From NCBI GenBank assembly GCA_035528035.1, contig DATKZI010000044.1, positions 18,034-82,033 of the forward strand: DNA of 64,000 bases, read 5' to 3'. Below, one piece after another: positions 47,253 to 56,176 of the stretch. The stretch comes from Candidatus Bathyarchaeia archaeon. GTDB lineage: Archaea; Asgardarchaeota; Heimdallarchaeia; JABLTI01. Below the pieces are notes generated by a model. The model was not told the DNA's origin and searched no databases. It saw only the letters and a list, made by a program, of their open reading frames with translations. Position numbers and translations under genes: made by a program. How positions within the stretch are numbered: position 1 is the stretch's first letter; each line of letters begins with the position of its first letter.

Positions 47253-49106
47253 ATGGCATTTGCTACAAGATCAAAGTTTTTCTGGTCACGTTTCATTGCT
47301 ACTTGTGTTAAATATTTAGGAGTAGCGAATACTCAACAAATCAAGTATTTAGCTGAAAAATTATTACCAACTGATATGAGTCGCCAGAATATTCTTTATC
47401 ATGTTAGAATTGCTGAAGAAAAGGGTTGGATTGCTTCATTTGCTTCGACATTAGAGATAACTTCTGAAAATGAGATTCTCTTTAGAAAAGAATTTCTTGA
47501 GAAAGTGCAAGAGAAAATTTCCGCCCAACGTTTTGTTATAATTGGCACGGAAAATTTTGAACCTACTGCAGAAGAAAAAATAATTGCTGCATGTAAAGAA
47601 GCAAAACTTCATCCTATTTTTTTTACTGATCCTATTTTAATGGAAAAGATATCTGAAGACACAATTAATCGATTGACTTCAACAAATCATAAATCTCCTG
47701 GGAATAAATCACTTTTTATGGTCTTATTGCGATTCGCTTGGTTTTGGTTAAATATTGATCCTGAAAAATCTTTAGAGATCATTAAAGTACTAAAAAATAA
47801 CGTTATAAAACACAATTATAATGACCATTATAAAATAGATGTTGATTTGCTTGAAATCGCTACAATGATAGAATTAGAAACATTACCAGAATTAGGAGTA
47901 AATGATCTAAAGAATTTGTTAATCGAATGCATTAAATTTTCAGCAAATAAAAAAAGATCAGATTTAATGAATTTAATGAGTATGACATTGTTAATCTCAG
48001 GTCGCTTTTTAGTTTCATATAATAAATTAACTTTAGCTGAGGAATATTTGAATAGAGGAATAAAGTATCTCCGATTCAGTACTCGAAAGTCAATTCTTAT
48101 GCGTAAATTACATGTAGATGGTCTTTTTGATTTAGGATATATTTATTCACAACAAGGTTGGTTCTATAAGGCTCTAAGTATTTATGAAAATATTGAACGA
48201 ATAATTAATGAAGAATTTCTTGAGAATGAACCAACAACAAATCTCAAAGGTAGATTAGCTTTAGCAAATGCTGAATTATTTTTGATGATGGCTTTTCCAT
48301 CTTACATTTTTCAAGATGAGGATTATCGTGCTGCTCTATTGAAAGCTGTTAAACAAACTCAAATGGCAATTAAATTTTATCAAGGAACAAAAAATACTCT
48401 TAAAGTAACTGAAATCACTTTACTTAGTGCTTGGATTCATGCTCTTCTTGGTAAATTAAAACGAGCTGATTTATTGTTAAAACGAGCAATAACTAATTTA
48501 TCTGCACCAGTTCCTCCAAAATTAAATGTGTTCTATTTTAATGCTTTAGCAGAAATATATAGGAAAGAAGGTAATTACGCTAAAGCTATAAAGAATATTT
48601 CGCAGTCCTTTGATTATCTAAAAATTATTGGTCAAAATATTGGTAAATTGTTCTGTATGACACGCTTAGCTGAATTACATGTTCAATTATCTAAGAGGGA
48701 AAATCGTTTATCCTATCTTTCCTTTGGTGATGTTTCATATCTCTTTGAAAAACAAATATCTGATTTGATTAGCCATGTTTTTCTTGAAACATGTAAATCT
48801 CTATCTAATAATTCTGCTATGGTTTCATTTTTCTTATTTGATGACTTAATTGAAATTCATCCTGAAATAAATTCATACACTGATATCTTACCATCCCAAA
48901 ATATCTCTCCTGTCTTACTCGGTGAATCTTTCACTATCATACCTAATCATCTTATAAATCATGAAAATATCAACAAAGGAAAATCAATTTGTATTGTTGG
49001 TTCAATGAAACACGATGAAACATTAGATGATTTTACTATTCAACAATTTAAAGAAGAAATGTCTGGTTTTGATGATACATTTCAAAAATTACTTGCTAAA
49101 TCATAA
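47253..49106 (+). CDS. Hypothetical protein with an N-terminal wHTH-like segment and TPR-like helical repeats
   Basis: The N-terminus is YLAEKLLPTDMSRQNILYHVRIAEEKGWI. The C-terminal two thirds have TPR-like periodicity (for example YFNALAEIYRKEGNYAKAIKNISQSFDY). Confidence 0.55.
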   Translation: MAFATRSKFFWSRFIATCVKYLGVANTQQIKYLAEKLLPTDMSRQNILYHVRIAEEKGWIASFASTLEITSENEILFRKEFLEKVQEKISAQRFVIIGTENFEPTAEEKIIAACKEAKLHPIFFTDPILMEKISEDTINRLTSTNHKSPGNKSLFMVLLRFAWFWLNIDPEKSLEIIKVLKNNVIKHNYNDHYKIDVDLLEIATMIELETLPELGVNDLKNLLIECIKFSANKKRSDLMNLMSMTLLISGRFLVSYNKLTLAEEYLNRGIKYLRFSTRKSILMRKLHVDGLFDLGYIYSQQGWFYKALSIYENIERIINEEFLENEPTTNLKGRLALANAELFLMMAFPSYIFQDEDYRAALLKAVKQTQMAIKFYQGTKNTLKVTEITLLSAWIHALLGKLKRADLLLKRAITNLSAPVPPKLNVFYFNALAEIYRKEGNYAKAIKNISQSFDYLKIIGQNIGKLFCMTRLAELHVQLSKRENRLSYLSFGDVSYLFEKQISDLISHVFLETCKSLSNNSAMVSFFLFDDLIEIHPEINSYTDILPSQNISPVLLGESFTIIPNHLINHENINKGKSICIVGSMKHDETLDDFTIQQFKEEMSGFDDTFQKLLAKS

Positions 49107-49197
49107 TTTAATTTCCCATAAAGATTAAAGAAAAGATTTTTAATAGTTGGTTGAAGTTAAAGAATTAATTATTACTAGGAGTACAAATTGATGATGA

Positions 49198-49443
49198 GGA
49201 ATCACGTTTGCTGGCATTCTTAGAGCATTACCTCCTAGTGCAAACTTTGTCTTTTACGTTTTAGATAGACTTGGACCTTTACCACGCTATAGGATACAAG
49301 GTGAAACAAATCTTCCGGATAGAACAATAGGTTATGCACTTGAAATTTTATTAAAAAAAGGACTTGTTATAAGAATGCTAGATACAGAAGATGCAAGGAT
49401 TAGAATCTATCAAATTCCTTCGCCTATTATAATCGTAACCTAA
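49198..49443 (+). pseudogene. wHTH (MarR/TrmB-like) reading frame without a usable start, possibly a frameshifted gene
   Basis: The frame reads GITFAGILRALPPSANFVFYVLDRLGPLPRYRIQGETNLPDRTIGYALEILLKKGLVIRMLDTEDARIRIYQIPSP*. It is closed upstream by TGA TGA TGA (49189-49197). An ATG ATG pair at 49191 lies in the neighbouring frame and stops after 10 codons. Confidence 0.35.
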
Positions 49444-50639
49444 AATTCACCAGTGGTAATTAGGTTATAGTCAGCAGAAGCCACTAGCTCAGATATTTCA
49501 TTATCTGTGAGTGGCTTTATTTCTTTATTTTGTTGATTGATATAACCAGGGCAACTGTCAAGGCAAAAGCTATTTTTAAAGTCATCATGAAATGGATGTT
49601 TAACAGTTTGTTGATCTAATGCTATTAAAGGATAATAAATAGGAATGTTCTCATTTGGTAATTTCATTTCAGGATTCCAATCTAATAAGGTAGTATCACT
49701 ATTTCCTAAAGTTACTCCCTTTTTATTTTGACCTTCTATTATTCGTTCAATTATTCCTAAACAAACCCTATCACATGTGGAGCATTTTATTCTATCTAAT
49801 CCAATTTTTTCTAATATTTTTGTAAAATTAACCTCAAAAAAGATTGGTTTTTGTTTTGGTTGAACCAATGCAAAATATTCTAATTGCTTTTTGAGTTCCT
49901 TTTTATTACTAATATTATTTTTTTCATCTGAATAGCTAAAAATTATTGGTATTGTTATTACTCCTCTTTTACACATTAGAAAAGCAGCAATAGCATCAGC
50001 TAAGGAACCTCGCAAAATAGATACTAATAAACCTTGAGTTCCTTGAGGTAATCCACCAAAACCAATGTATTTTTGATCATAAACAAAAGTAAAATTATCT
50101 TTAACTTCAATCATGATTAAATAATCAGGTTGTGTGAGATCAACTTTCAAATTCAATTGCTCACTATATTTATCGTATATTTCTCCTCCAAGAAGTACTT
50201 CTAAATCTTTAGAAGTAAAATCATGTTTGCCAAAGCGTTTTACCCTCACCGCAAAGGTTGAATTCTTCTTGAGATTCTTTTTAGCAAATTCGAGGACTTT
50301 TTTCTTTATAAGATCAATATTAGTTTCAACTCTTATAACTGGACTAACTGAAGTTAAACCAAATACATTATAGGCTATATCTTGAGCAACAGAATCAACT
50401 TCTTTGAATGATAATAATTTATGTTCAGCTATTTTTTGTGTGAGAATTATTCTCCCCCATGATCGACTAATTTCAATATGGAAATTTGGTATTTCCCTTT
50501 TTTCAAGAAAGAGTCTTATATTTAGGGATAATTGCTTCTCCATATGATGCCTTACATAAGGGCTTTTTAAAGCAAGTTCACTAAAACGAACAAAAATTTC
50601 ACTTATATCACTCATAAAAAAATATAACAACTTGAGCAT
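49440..50639 (-). CDS. ThiI-like THUMP-domain protein with a degenerate PP-loop
   Basis: It has a ThiI-like N-terminus (IFVRFSELALKSPYVRHHMEKQL) and a THUMP region (TFAVRVKRFGKHDFTSKDLEVLLGGEIYD). The position of SGGxDS reads RGSLAD. ATG 50615 is an alternative start. Confidence 0.6.
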   Translation of the reverse strand: MLKLLYFFMSDISEIFVRFSELALKSPYVRHHMEKQLSLNIRLFLEKREIPNFHIEISRSWGRIILTQKIAEHKLLSFKEVDSVAQDIAYNVFGLTSVSPVIRVETNIDLIKKKVLEFAKKNLKKNSTFAVRVKRFGKHDFTSKDLEVLLGGEIYDKYSEQLNLKVDLTQPDYLIMIEVKDNFTFVYDQKYIGFGGLPQGTQGLLVSILRGSLADAIAAFLMCKRGVITIPIIFSYSDEKNNISNKKELKKQLEYFALVQPKQKPIFFEVNFTKILEKIGLDRIKCSTCDRVCLGIIERIIEGQNKKGVTLGNSDTTLLDWNPEMKLPNENIPIYYPLIALDQQTVKHPFHDDFKNSFCLDSCPGYINQQNKEIKPLTDNEISELVASADYNLITTGEF

Positions 50640-50702
50640 TAAAAACCTACTGTATACTTATAAGTAAAAAAAAATAATACTAGAAAATAAAAGAAAGGAA
50701 TC

Positions 50703-50981
50703 CTAATCATATTCCATTTGTTCTAGCATATCACCATAGTAATCTTCAAGTTCTTCTCTTTCTTCATCTGAGAGAGTTTCTTTCTTTTTAACCTCTGTTA
50801 CCTCTAACTTTTCTTTAGGAGTGTGTTCAATCTTACGTGTAATTGTATAGTCTTTAGATTTAGTCTTAGTTAATTTAGTCTTCTTTCCACAAACATTACA
50901 TACTATATATGAACCGCTTTCATCGCGCATTGGTTTCATAAGATTTCCACATTTATCGCAAAATTCCATTTTTGCATTCAC
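50703..50981 (-). CDS. Zinc-ribbon protein (RpoM/TFS N-terminal-like) with an acidic tail
   Basis: The sequence is FCDKCGNLMKP...VCNVCGKK, followed by a K-rich segment and then a D/E-rich tail. Confidence 0.5.
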   Translation of the reverse strand: MNAKMEFCDKCGNLMKPMRDESGSYIVCNVCGKKTKLTKTKSKDYTITRKIEHTPKEKLEVTEVKKKETLSDEEREELEDYYGDMLEQMEYD

Positions 50982-51200
50982 CTCATTTAGCGAGATTTCG
51001 CTTTAATAGTCATTTTCCTTATTAATACTTTTCGTTATTTCGTAAACAAATTATATTTCTTAAAACTATTATAGAAAAGCCTATTTGTACTTAAATATAT
51101 CGGAATAACAAATTATTTAATATTCACCAATAAAAAAGCCACGATTTCTTTAAACAGAATGAAAAATTCGCTAAAAATAAAATTAAGAAAAAAAGTATTA

Positions 51201-51365
51201 TTACGATGCAACTATAGAAGCATATTCAATGCTATATATGGGAACATCTTCTTCTTCATCAATTTTTGTCCACCAACCACAAGTACATCTGACCATACGA
51301 TCAATTTTTAATAATGTACCATGAAAGCAATTTGGACATTTGAATTTATCATAGATAGCAGCCAT
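51201..51365 (-). CDS. Small (54 aa) zinc-ribbon protein
   Basis: This ORF is below the track's size cutoff. It reads MAAIYDKFKCPNCFHGTLLKIDRMVRCTCGWWTKIDEEEDVPIYSIEYASIVAS*. Confidence 0.35.
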   Translation of the reverse strand: MAAIYDKFKCPNCFHGTLLKIDRMVRCTCGWWTKIDEEEDVPIYSIEYASIVAS

Positions 51366-51521
51366 TATAATCACGATTATTAAATCTACTGTTTAATAAT
51401 AATAGAATTAACTAGAGAGAGATTACCGAAAGTATTCTCATTTTTTCGAGACCGCTATTTTTCTGATTGAAAACAAGAAAAGACTTTAAAAAGTTGAAAA
51501 TGAACATGCTAGAGAATTAAA

Positions 51522-52577
51522 ATGGATGATGAATATTATAGTATTATTGAATTTGATACTAGGATAGCTCCAGATGAAGCTCTTGAAGAATTCTTTTCTT
51601 TACTAGATTCTTTATATCGAGAAGTTGAAAAGGAGGACCCATTCCCATCCAATGAGTTAAGAAAAAACGAATTTAGAGATCCTTATCCTTTTTATGATAT
51701 TTTTTGGTGGTTAGTAAGAACAAATCAAAAAATCATTGGTTTTGGAATGATTTCATTCAATAATAAAAATTCCCCGGATTATAGTGTAAACAAACATCTT
51801 GCTCGTGCTTCAATTAAAATTCATAAAGATTACAGGCATAGAGGGATTGGTACCGAATTAGCTAAAATTCTTGTCAAGAAAGCAGAAAATTATGGCAACA
51901 TTACTACTATTCAAAGCAATACTGTTCAGGATTCAGGCAAGAGATTTTCTGAGAAATTAGGTGGGATTTTAGCTAATGAAAGTAGTGAAAAACGATGCAA
52001 AATTGAGGAAATTGATTGGTCATTAATGAATAACTGGAAAGAAAAAGGTGAAGAGCTCACTCAAAAAGAAGGTATTCATATAGATATTTTTCAAAAATGC
52101 CCTGAAGAAATAATTGATGAATTTTGTAAAGTATATACTGAGATTAATAATCAACAACCAAGAGGGAATTCAGAATCTCGACATATTGTTACCCCAGAAA
52201 TAAGAAGATTACAAGAACAAAGATATAAAGAAAAGAATGTAGAATGGCAAACAATAATTGCTCGAGTTAAGAAAGAATCAATAATAGGTCTAACAGAAAT
52301 TATTTATGATCCAGAAATGTCATACAAAATAGAACAAGAGCTTACGGGAGTTTTAGATAACTATAGAGGTAAAGGATTAGGAAAATGGCTCAAAGCGGAA
52401 ATGTTGTATATCATTCTAAAAGAATACCCTGAAGTTAAATATATTCAAACTGGTAATGCAGTAACAAATGATTCAATGATTTCAATAAATATTAAAATAG
52501 GTTTTAGAGAAAATCAAAAGAAGACTCTTTATAAGTTTAATATTAATCAATTAAAACAGAAATTAAAAACACTTTAA
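51522..52577 (+). CDS. GNAT-family acetyltransferase (two GNAT-like halves)
   Basis: YRHRGIGTELAKILVKKAE is found in the first half and YRGKGLGKWLKAEML in the second. Confidence 0.7.
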   Translation: MDDEYYSIIEFDTRIAPDEALEEFFSLLDSLYREVEKEDPFPSNELRKNEFRDPYPFYDIFWWLVRTNQKIIGFGMISFNNKNSPDYSVNKHLARASIKIHKDYRHRGIGTELAKILVKKAENYGNITTIQSNTVQDSGKRFSEKLGGILANESSEKRCKIEEIDWSLMNNWKEKGEELTQKEGIHIDIFQKCPEEIIDEFCKVYTEINNQQPRGNSESRHIVTPEIRRLQEQRYKEKNVEWQTIIARVKKESIIGLTEIIYDPEMSYKIEQELTGVLDNYRGKGLGKWLKAEMLYIILKEYPEVKYIQTGNAVTNDSMISINIKIGFRENQKKTLYKFNINQLKQKLKTL

Positions 52578-52694
52578 AAATTTATCAAAAAATAATCGTT
52601 AAGCCAATCTTAGAAAATTATAAAATGCTTGTTTCTATATAAAACCTAAGAATAATTTAGAGAGAAAATCAACAAATTCTAATGAGGAAGAAAG

Positions 52695-53528
52695 ATGAAC
52701 ATTAAGAAAGTTACTGAAAATGTTTACGCAATAGATGATGGAAGTACAAGAGGGAATGTCGCTGCTTATGTTTTACCATCTCAAATATTAGCAATTGATT
52801 CTGGAATGCATCTACCTATTTTGAAATCATTTAGAGAAAAACTTGAAGCAGATACCGGGAAAAAATTCACAACCCTTATTATAACACATACACATGGCGA
52901 TCATGTTTTTGGTAATAAAATATACAAAGATTGCCAAATTATTGCTTCTAAAAAAACAAATGAACGTATGGAAGAAAATTCCAAAATTGATTGGACACCT
53001 GAAAAAATAGAAGAATGGAAAAAAACAGCTGAAGACCCAACTGCACTAGAAGGAGTAGAAATAATTTTACCATCTTTAACATTTAAAGATGAGTTTTTGA
53101 TTGAGGATCAAAATATTACCGTGAAAGTCAAAAATACTGGTGGTCACACAGATGGTTCTTCTTATGTTTACTGCTCAAATTATAAAGTTTTAACAGCAGG
53201 CGATAATCTCTTTAATGATAGTTTTCCATGGGGTGGGGATAAATCAGCCAATCCAATCAAGTGGATCGCAGCTCTTAAAGAATATCTTTCATTAGATATT
53301 GAGCATTTTATACCAGGACATGGTAATGTTAGTGGAAAAGATAAAATACAAGAGTTCTTAGCCTATCTTGAGAAAGTTACCAAGTTAATGACAAAAATGA
53401 TTGCTGAGAATAAATCAGATGATGAGATTATTAAAGAAGCTAATTTAATCAGCTATCACCCACCACGAAGAGAACAATGGAAAGAGCTAACCCTTAAGAA
53501 ATGGCTTGAAGTCCTTAAAGAGAAATGA
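52695..53528 (+). CDS. Metallo-beta-lactamase-fold hydrolase
   Basis: HTHGDH (the HxHxDH motif), GGHTDGS and a later PGHG are present. Confidence 0.8.
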   Translation: MNIKKVTENVYAIDDGSTRGNVAAYVLPSQILAIDSGMHLPILKSFREKLEADTGKKFTTLIITHTHGDHVFGNKIYKDCQIIASKKTNERMEENSKIDWTPEKIEEWKKTAEDPTALEGVEIILPSLTFKDEFLIEDQNITVKVKNTGGHTDGSSYVYCSNYKVLTAGDNLFNDSFPWGGDKSANPIKWIAALKEYLSLDIEHFIPGHGNVSGKDKIQEFLAYLEKVTKLMTKMIAENKSDDEIIKEANLISYHPPRREQWKELTLKKWLEVLKEK

Positions 53529-53630
53529 GGTTTCTTATTTAATTGAGAAAAAATATTACGTTTAAATAAGAACGTATTTATTCATTTCTTCTTTTTATTT
53601 ATAATATTGAAAAAAAATTATGTGATTCAA

Positions 53631-54518
53631 ATGACAATTTCAACAATTAAGACTAATGGGATTAATATTAGAGTTCTGGAACTCAAGAACGATAGCAATG
53701 AAACAATTGTTTTTCTTCATTATGGCGGTGCTACTTTAGGTGTTTGGAATGGTGTTATCCCCTACTTTAAAGACAATTATCATATAATTGCTCAAGATTT
53801 GAGATGTCATGGATTTACAGACAAACCTTTAGATAAATGTCATATTGATGATATGGCTAAAGATTTAGCAGGAATACTAGATAAATTAGGAGTGGAGAAA
53901 ACTAAGATTGTTGGTAGTTCTATGGGTGCTGATGTAGCTATTAGTTTTGCAGCAAACTATCCACAACGTGTGAATTGTTTAGTTTTAGATGGTGGTTTAT
54001 ACGATATTGTTGGATCAGATAGCAAAGACCAAATATTAACAGAGGAAGAAATTGAAAAAGCAAAGAATGATTTGAAACAACGAATACTTAGTCGTCCTCG
54101 AGAATTTTTTGAGACTCGAGAAGGATACATAACCAAAAACAAAGAAGGATGGGAGAAATATTTTCCTTGGTCAGAAATAATTAAGAAAGCTACAGAAGAT
54201 GAAATAACTAAAGAGAATGGAAAATTTACATCACCACAATCTTCTGAGGAAGTCTGGGCATATATTGAACCTCTATATAATGTACGTTTTATTAATTACT
54301 TCAAAAAAATAACTTGCCCTATTCTTTGGTTACCAGATGAAAAAGAAAAAGACCATGAGGTAGTTATTAGAAATTTGAAAAAATTTTCTCAAAAATTAAA
54401 ATATTGTAAAATAGTAACCTTGGAAGGATCAGTACACGCTTATACCTGTTTATTACGACCCAAGGAATTTAGTGAAGAAATCCTTCAATTTTATGATGAA
54501 ATAAAAGGTAAAAAATAA
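53631..54518 (+). CDS. Alpha/beta-fold hydrolase
   Basis: IVFLHYGG is present, with nucleophile elbow GSSMGA and a C-terminal SVHA. The track ORF starts at TTG 53607, but I prefer ATG 53631. Confidence 0.7.
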   Translation: MTISTIKTNGINIRVLELKNDSNETIVFLHYGGATLGVWNGVIPYFKDNYHIIAQDLRCHGFTDKPLDKCHIDDMAKDLAGILDKLGVEKTKIVGSSMGADVAISFAANYPQRVNCLVLDGGLYDIVGSDSKDQILTEEEIEKAKNDLKQRILSRPREFFETREGYITKNKEGWEKYFPWSEIIKKATEDEITKENGKFTSPQSSEEVWAYIEPLYNVRFINYFKKITCPILWLPDEKEKDHEVVIRNLKKFSQKLKYCKIVTLEGSVHAYTCLLRPKEFSEEILQFYDEIKGKK

Positions 54519-54526
54519 TCCTTTTA

Positions 54527-56131
54527 TTATTCACTTATTTTTCCATTTACTGGTACACGATCTACCATAGATATTTGAAGTTCAGTATTATACAGTTGTT
54601 TATCCAAATCCACGTTATCTATTGAATAATGAACTCCTCTACTTTCTCTTCTACCTTTAGCACATCTAATAATTAATTCTGCTACTTGCGCTAAGTTTCT
54701 GAGGTCAAGTAAATGAGGATGTATTTTGAAATCCCAATAGAATTGATTAATTTCTTTCATGACTAATTCCAAACGATTACCTGCTCGAATTAACCTATTA
54801 TCTGAACGAACAATACCAACATAGTTCCACATAAAACGACGAATTTCATCCCAGTTTTGTTTTACAAGAACCATCTCATCAGGATCTTCAGCCATTCCTG
54901 GATCCCAATAAGGAAATGGTTGTTTAGAAGGAACACCATTATTCATACATAATGTAGCACCCATTATAGAAGCTTTATCTGCACAAACTAAACCTTCCAA
55001 CAAGGAGTTGCTTGCTAACCTATTTGCTCCATGAAAACCTGTACAAGCAACTTCACCGATTGCTAGGAGATTTTTTACATTATTTTCACCAGAAATAGTT
55101 GCCTTCACACCACCTATTGTGTAATGAGCAGCAGGAACAACTGGTATTGGTTGAGAAGTGATATCAATACCGTATGTTAAACATTTTTCATAGATCATTG
55201 GAAATCTATCTTTTATAAAACTAGGATCTTTATGTGTAATATCAAGATAAACACAATCAGCGCCAGTACTCTTTAATTCGGCATCAATTGATCGAGAAAC
55301 AATATCACGAGGAGCTAATTCTTTTTTAGGATGATATTTTTCCATGAAACGAATGCCATTCCGGTCAATCAGTTTCGCTCCTTCTCCCCGCATTGCTTCG
55401 GTAATAAGGAAAGCTTTAGCATGTGGATGATATAAACTTGTAGGATGGAATTGGATGAACTCCATATTAATAATTCTCGCTCCAGCACGGTAAGCCATAG
55501 CTATTCCATCACCAGTACATACATCGGGATTACTTGTAACAAGAAATACTTTACCTGCTCCACCAGTTGCTAAAGTTGTTACACTTGCTTGAAAGTTAGT
55601 AATTAGACCTGATACTTTGTTTAGAACATAAGCACCTAAACAAATATTCTTATCAACAAAAAGATTGATAGCTACATGATTTTCATATATGGTAATATTC
55701 TTTTCATTTTTAACAGCTTTAATTAATTTGGATTCAATTTCCGAACCAGTATGATCATCAGCATGGAGTACTCGTCTGTACGAATGACCACCTTCTAATC
55801 CAAATTCAAGGTCACCACCTTTATGATTAAATTTAACATCATAATCATCAATCAATTCTTGTACTAGAATAGGTCCGGATTTACAAATTTCCAAAACAAC
55901 ATCTTCCCTACACAGACCTGCACCAGCATTTATTGTATCACGAACATGAGCTTCCACAGAATCTTTTTTATCAAAAACAGCAGCAATTCCCCCTTGAGCA
56001 TAAGAGGTTGCGCAATCATTTATTTTATCTTTAGTAATCAGAGCAACTGATCCATACTTTGCCACTTTTAATGCATAACTTAAACCGCTGATACCTGTAC
56101 CAATAACAAGAAAGTCCGTGGAAATTCTCAA
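54527..56131 (-). CDS. nadB: L-aspartate oxidase
   Basis: It has the FAD motif DFLVIGTGISGLS, plus HYTIGGV, GANRLASNSLLEG and RESRGVHY. The start codon is TTG. Confidence 0.9.
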   Translation of the reverse strand: MRISTDFLVIGTGISGLSYALKVAKYGSVALITKDKINDCATSYAQGGIAAVFDKKDSVEAHVRDTINAGAGLCREDVVLEICKSGPILVQELIDDYDVKFNHKGGDLEFGLEGGHSYRRVLHADDHTGSEIESKLIKAVKNEKNITIYENHVAINLFVDKNICLGAYVLNKVSGLITNFQASVTTLATGGAGKVFLVTSNPDVCTGDGIAMAYRAGARIINMEFIQFHPTSLYHPHAKAFLITEAMRGEGAKLIDRNGIRFMEKYHPKKELAPRDIVSRSIDAELKSTGADCVYLDITHKDPSFIKDRFPMIYEKCLTYGIDITSQPIPVVPAAHYTIGGVKATISGENNVKNLLAIGEVACTGFHGANRLASNSLLEGLVCADKASIMGATLCMNNGVPSKQPFPYWDPGMAEDPDEMVLVKQNWDEIRRFMWNYVGIVRSDNRLIRAGNRLELVMKEINQFYWDFKIHPHLLDLRNLAQVAELIIRCAKGRRESRGVHYSIDNVDLDKQLYNTELQISMVDRVPVNGKISE

Positions 56132-56176
56132 ATAAAGTCACCTTGTATTAATAAAGCCATTTTAATCCTTTATTTC

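Noticed and set aside
30999-49106. The idea that the FAS/PKS cluster is a bacterial contaminant or a mis-assembled fragment.
   Set aside because: By eye, the codon and amino-acid style (AT-rich, with frequent Lys, Asn and Ile) is indistinguishable from the flanking archaeal genes, and the cluster is embedded between archaeal-type genes on both sides. This cannot be fully excluded without read-level and phylogenetic checks.
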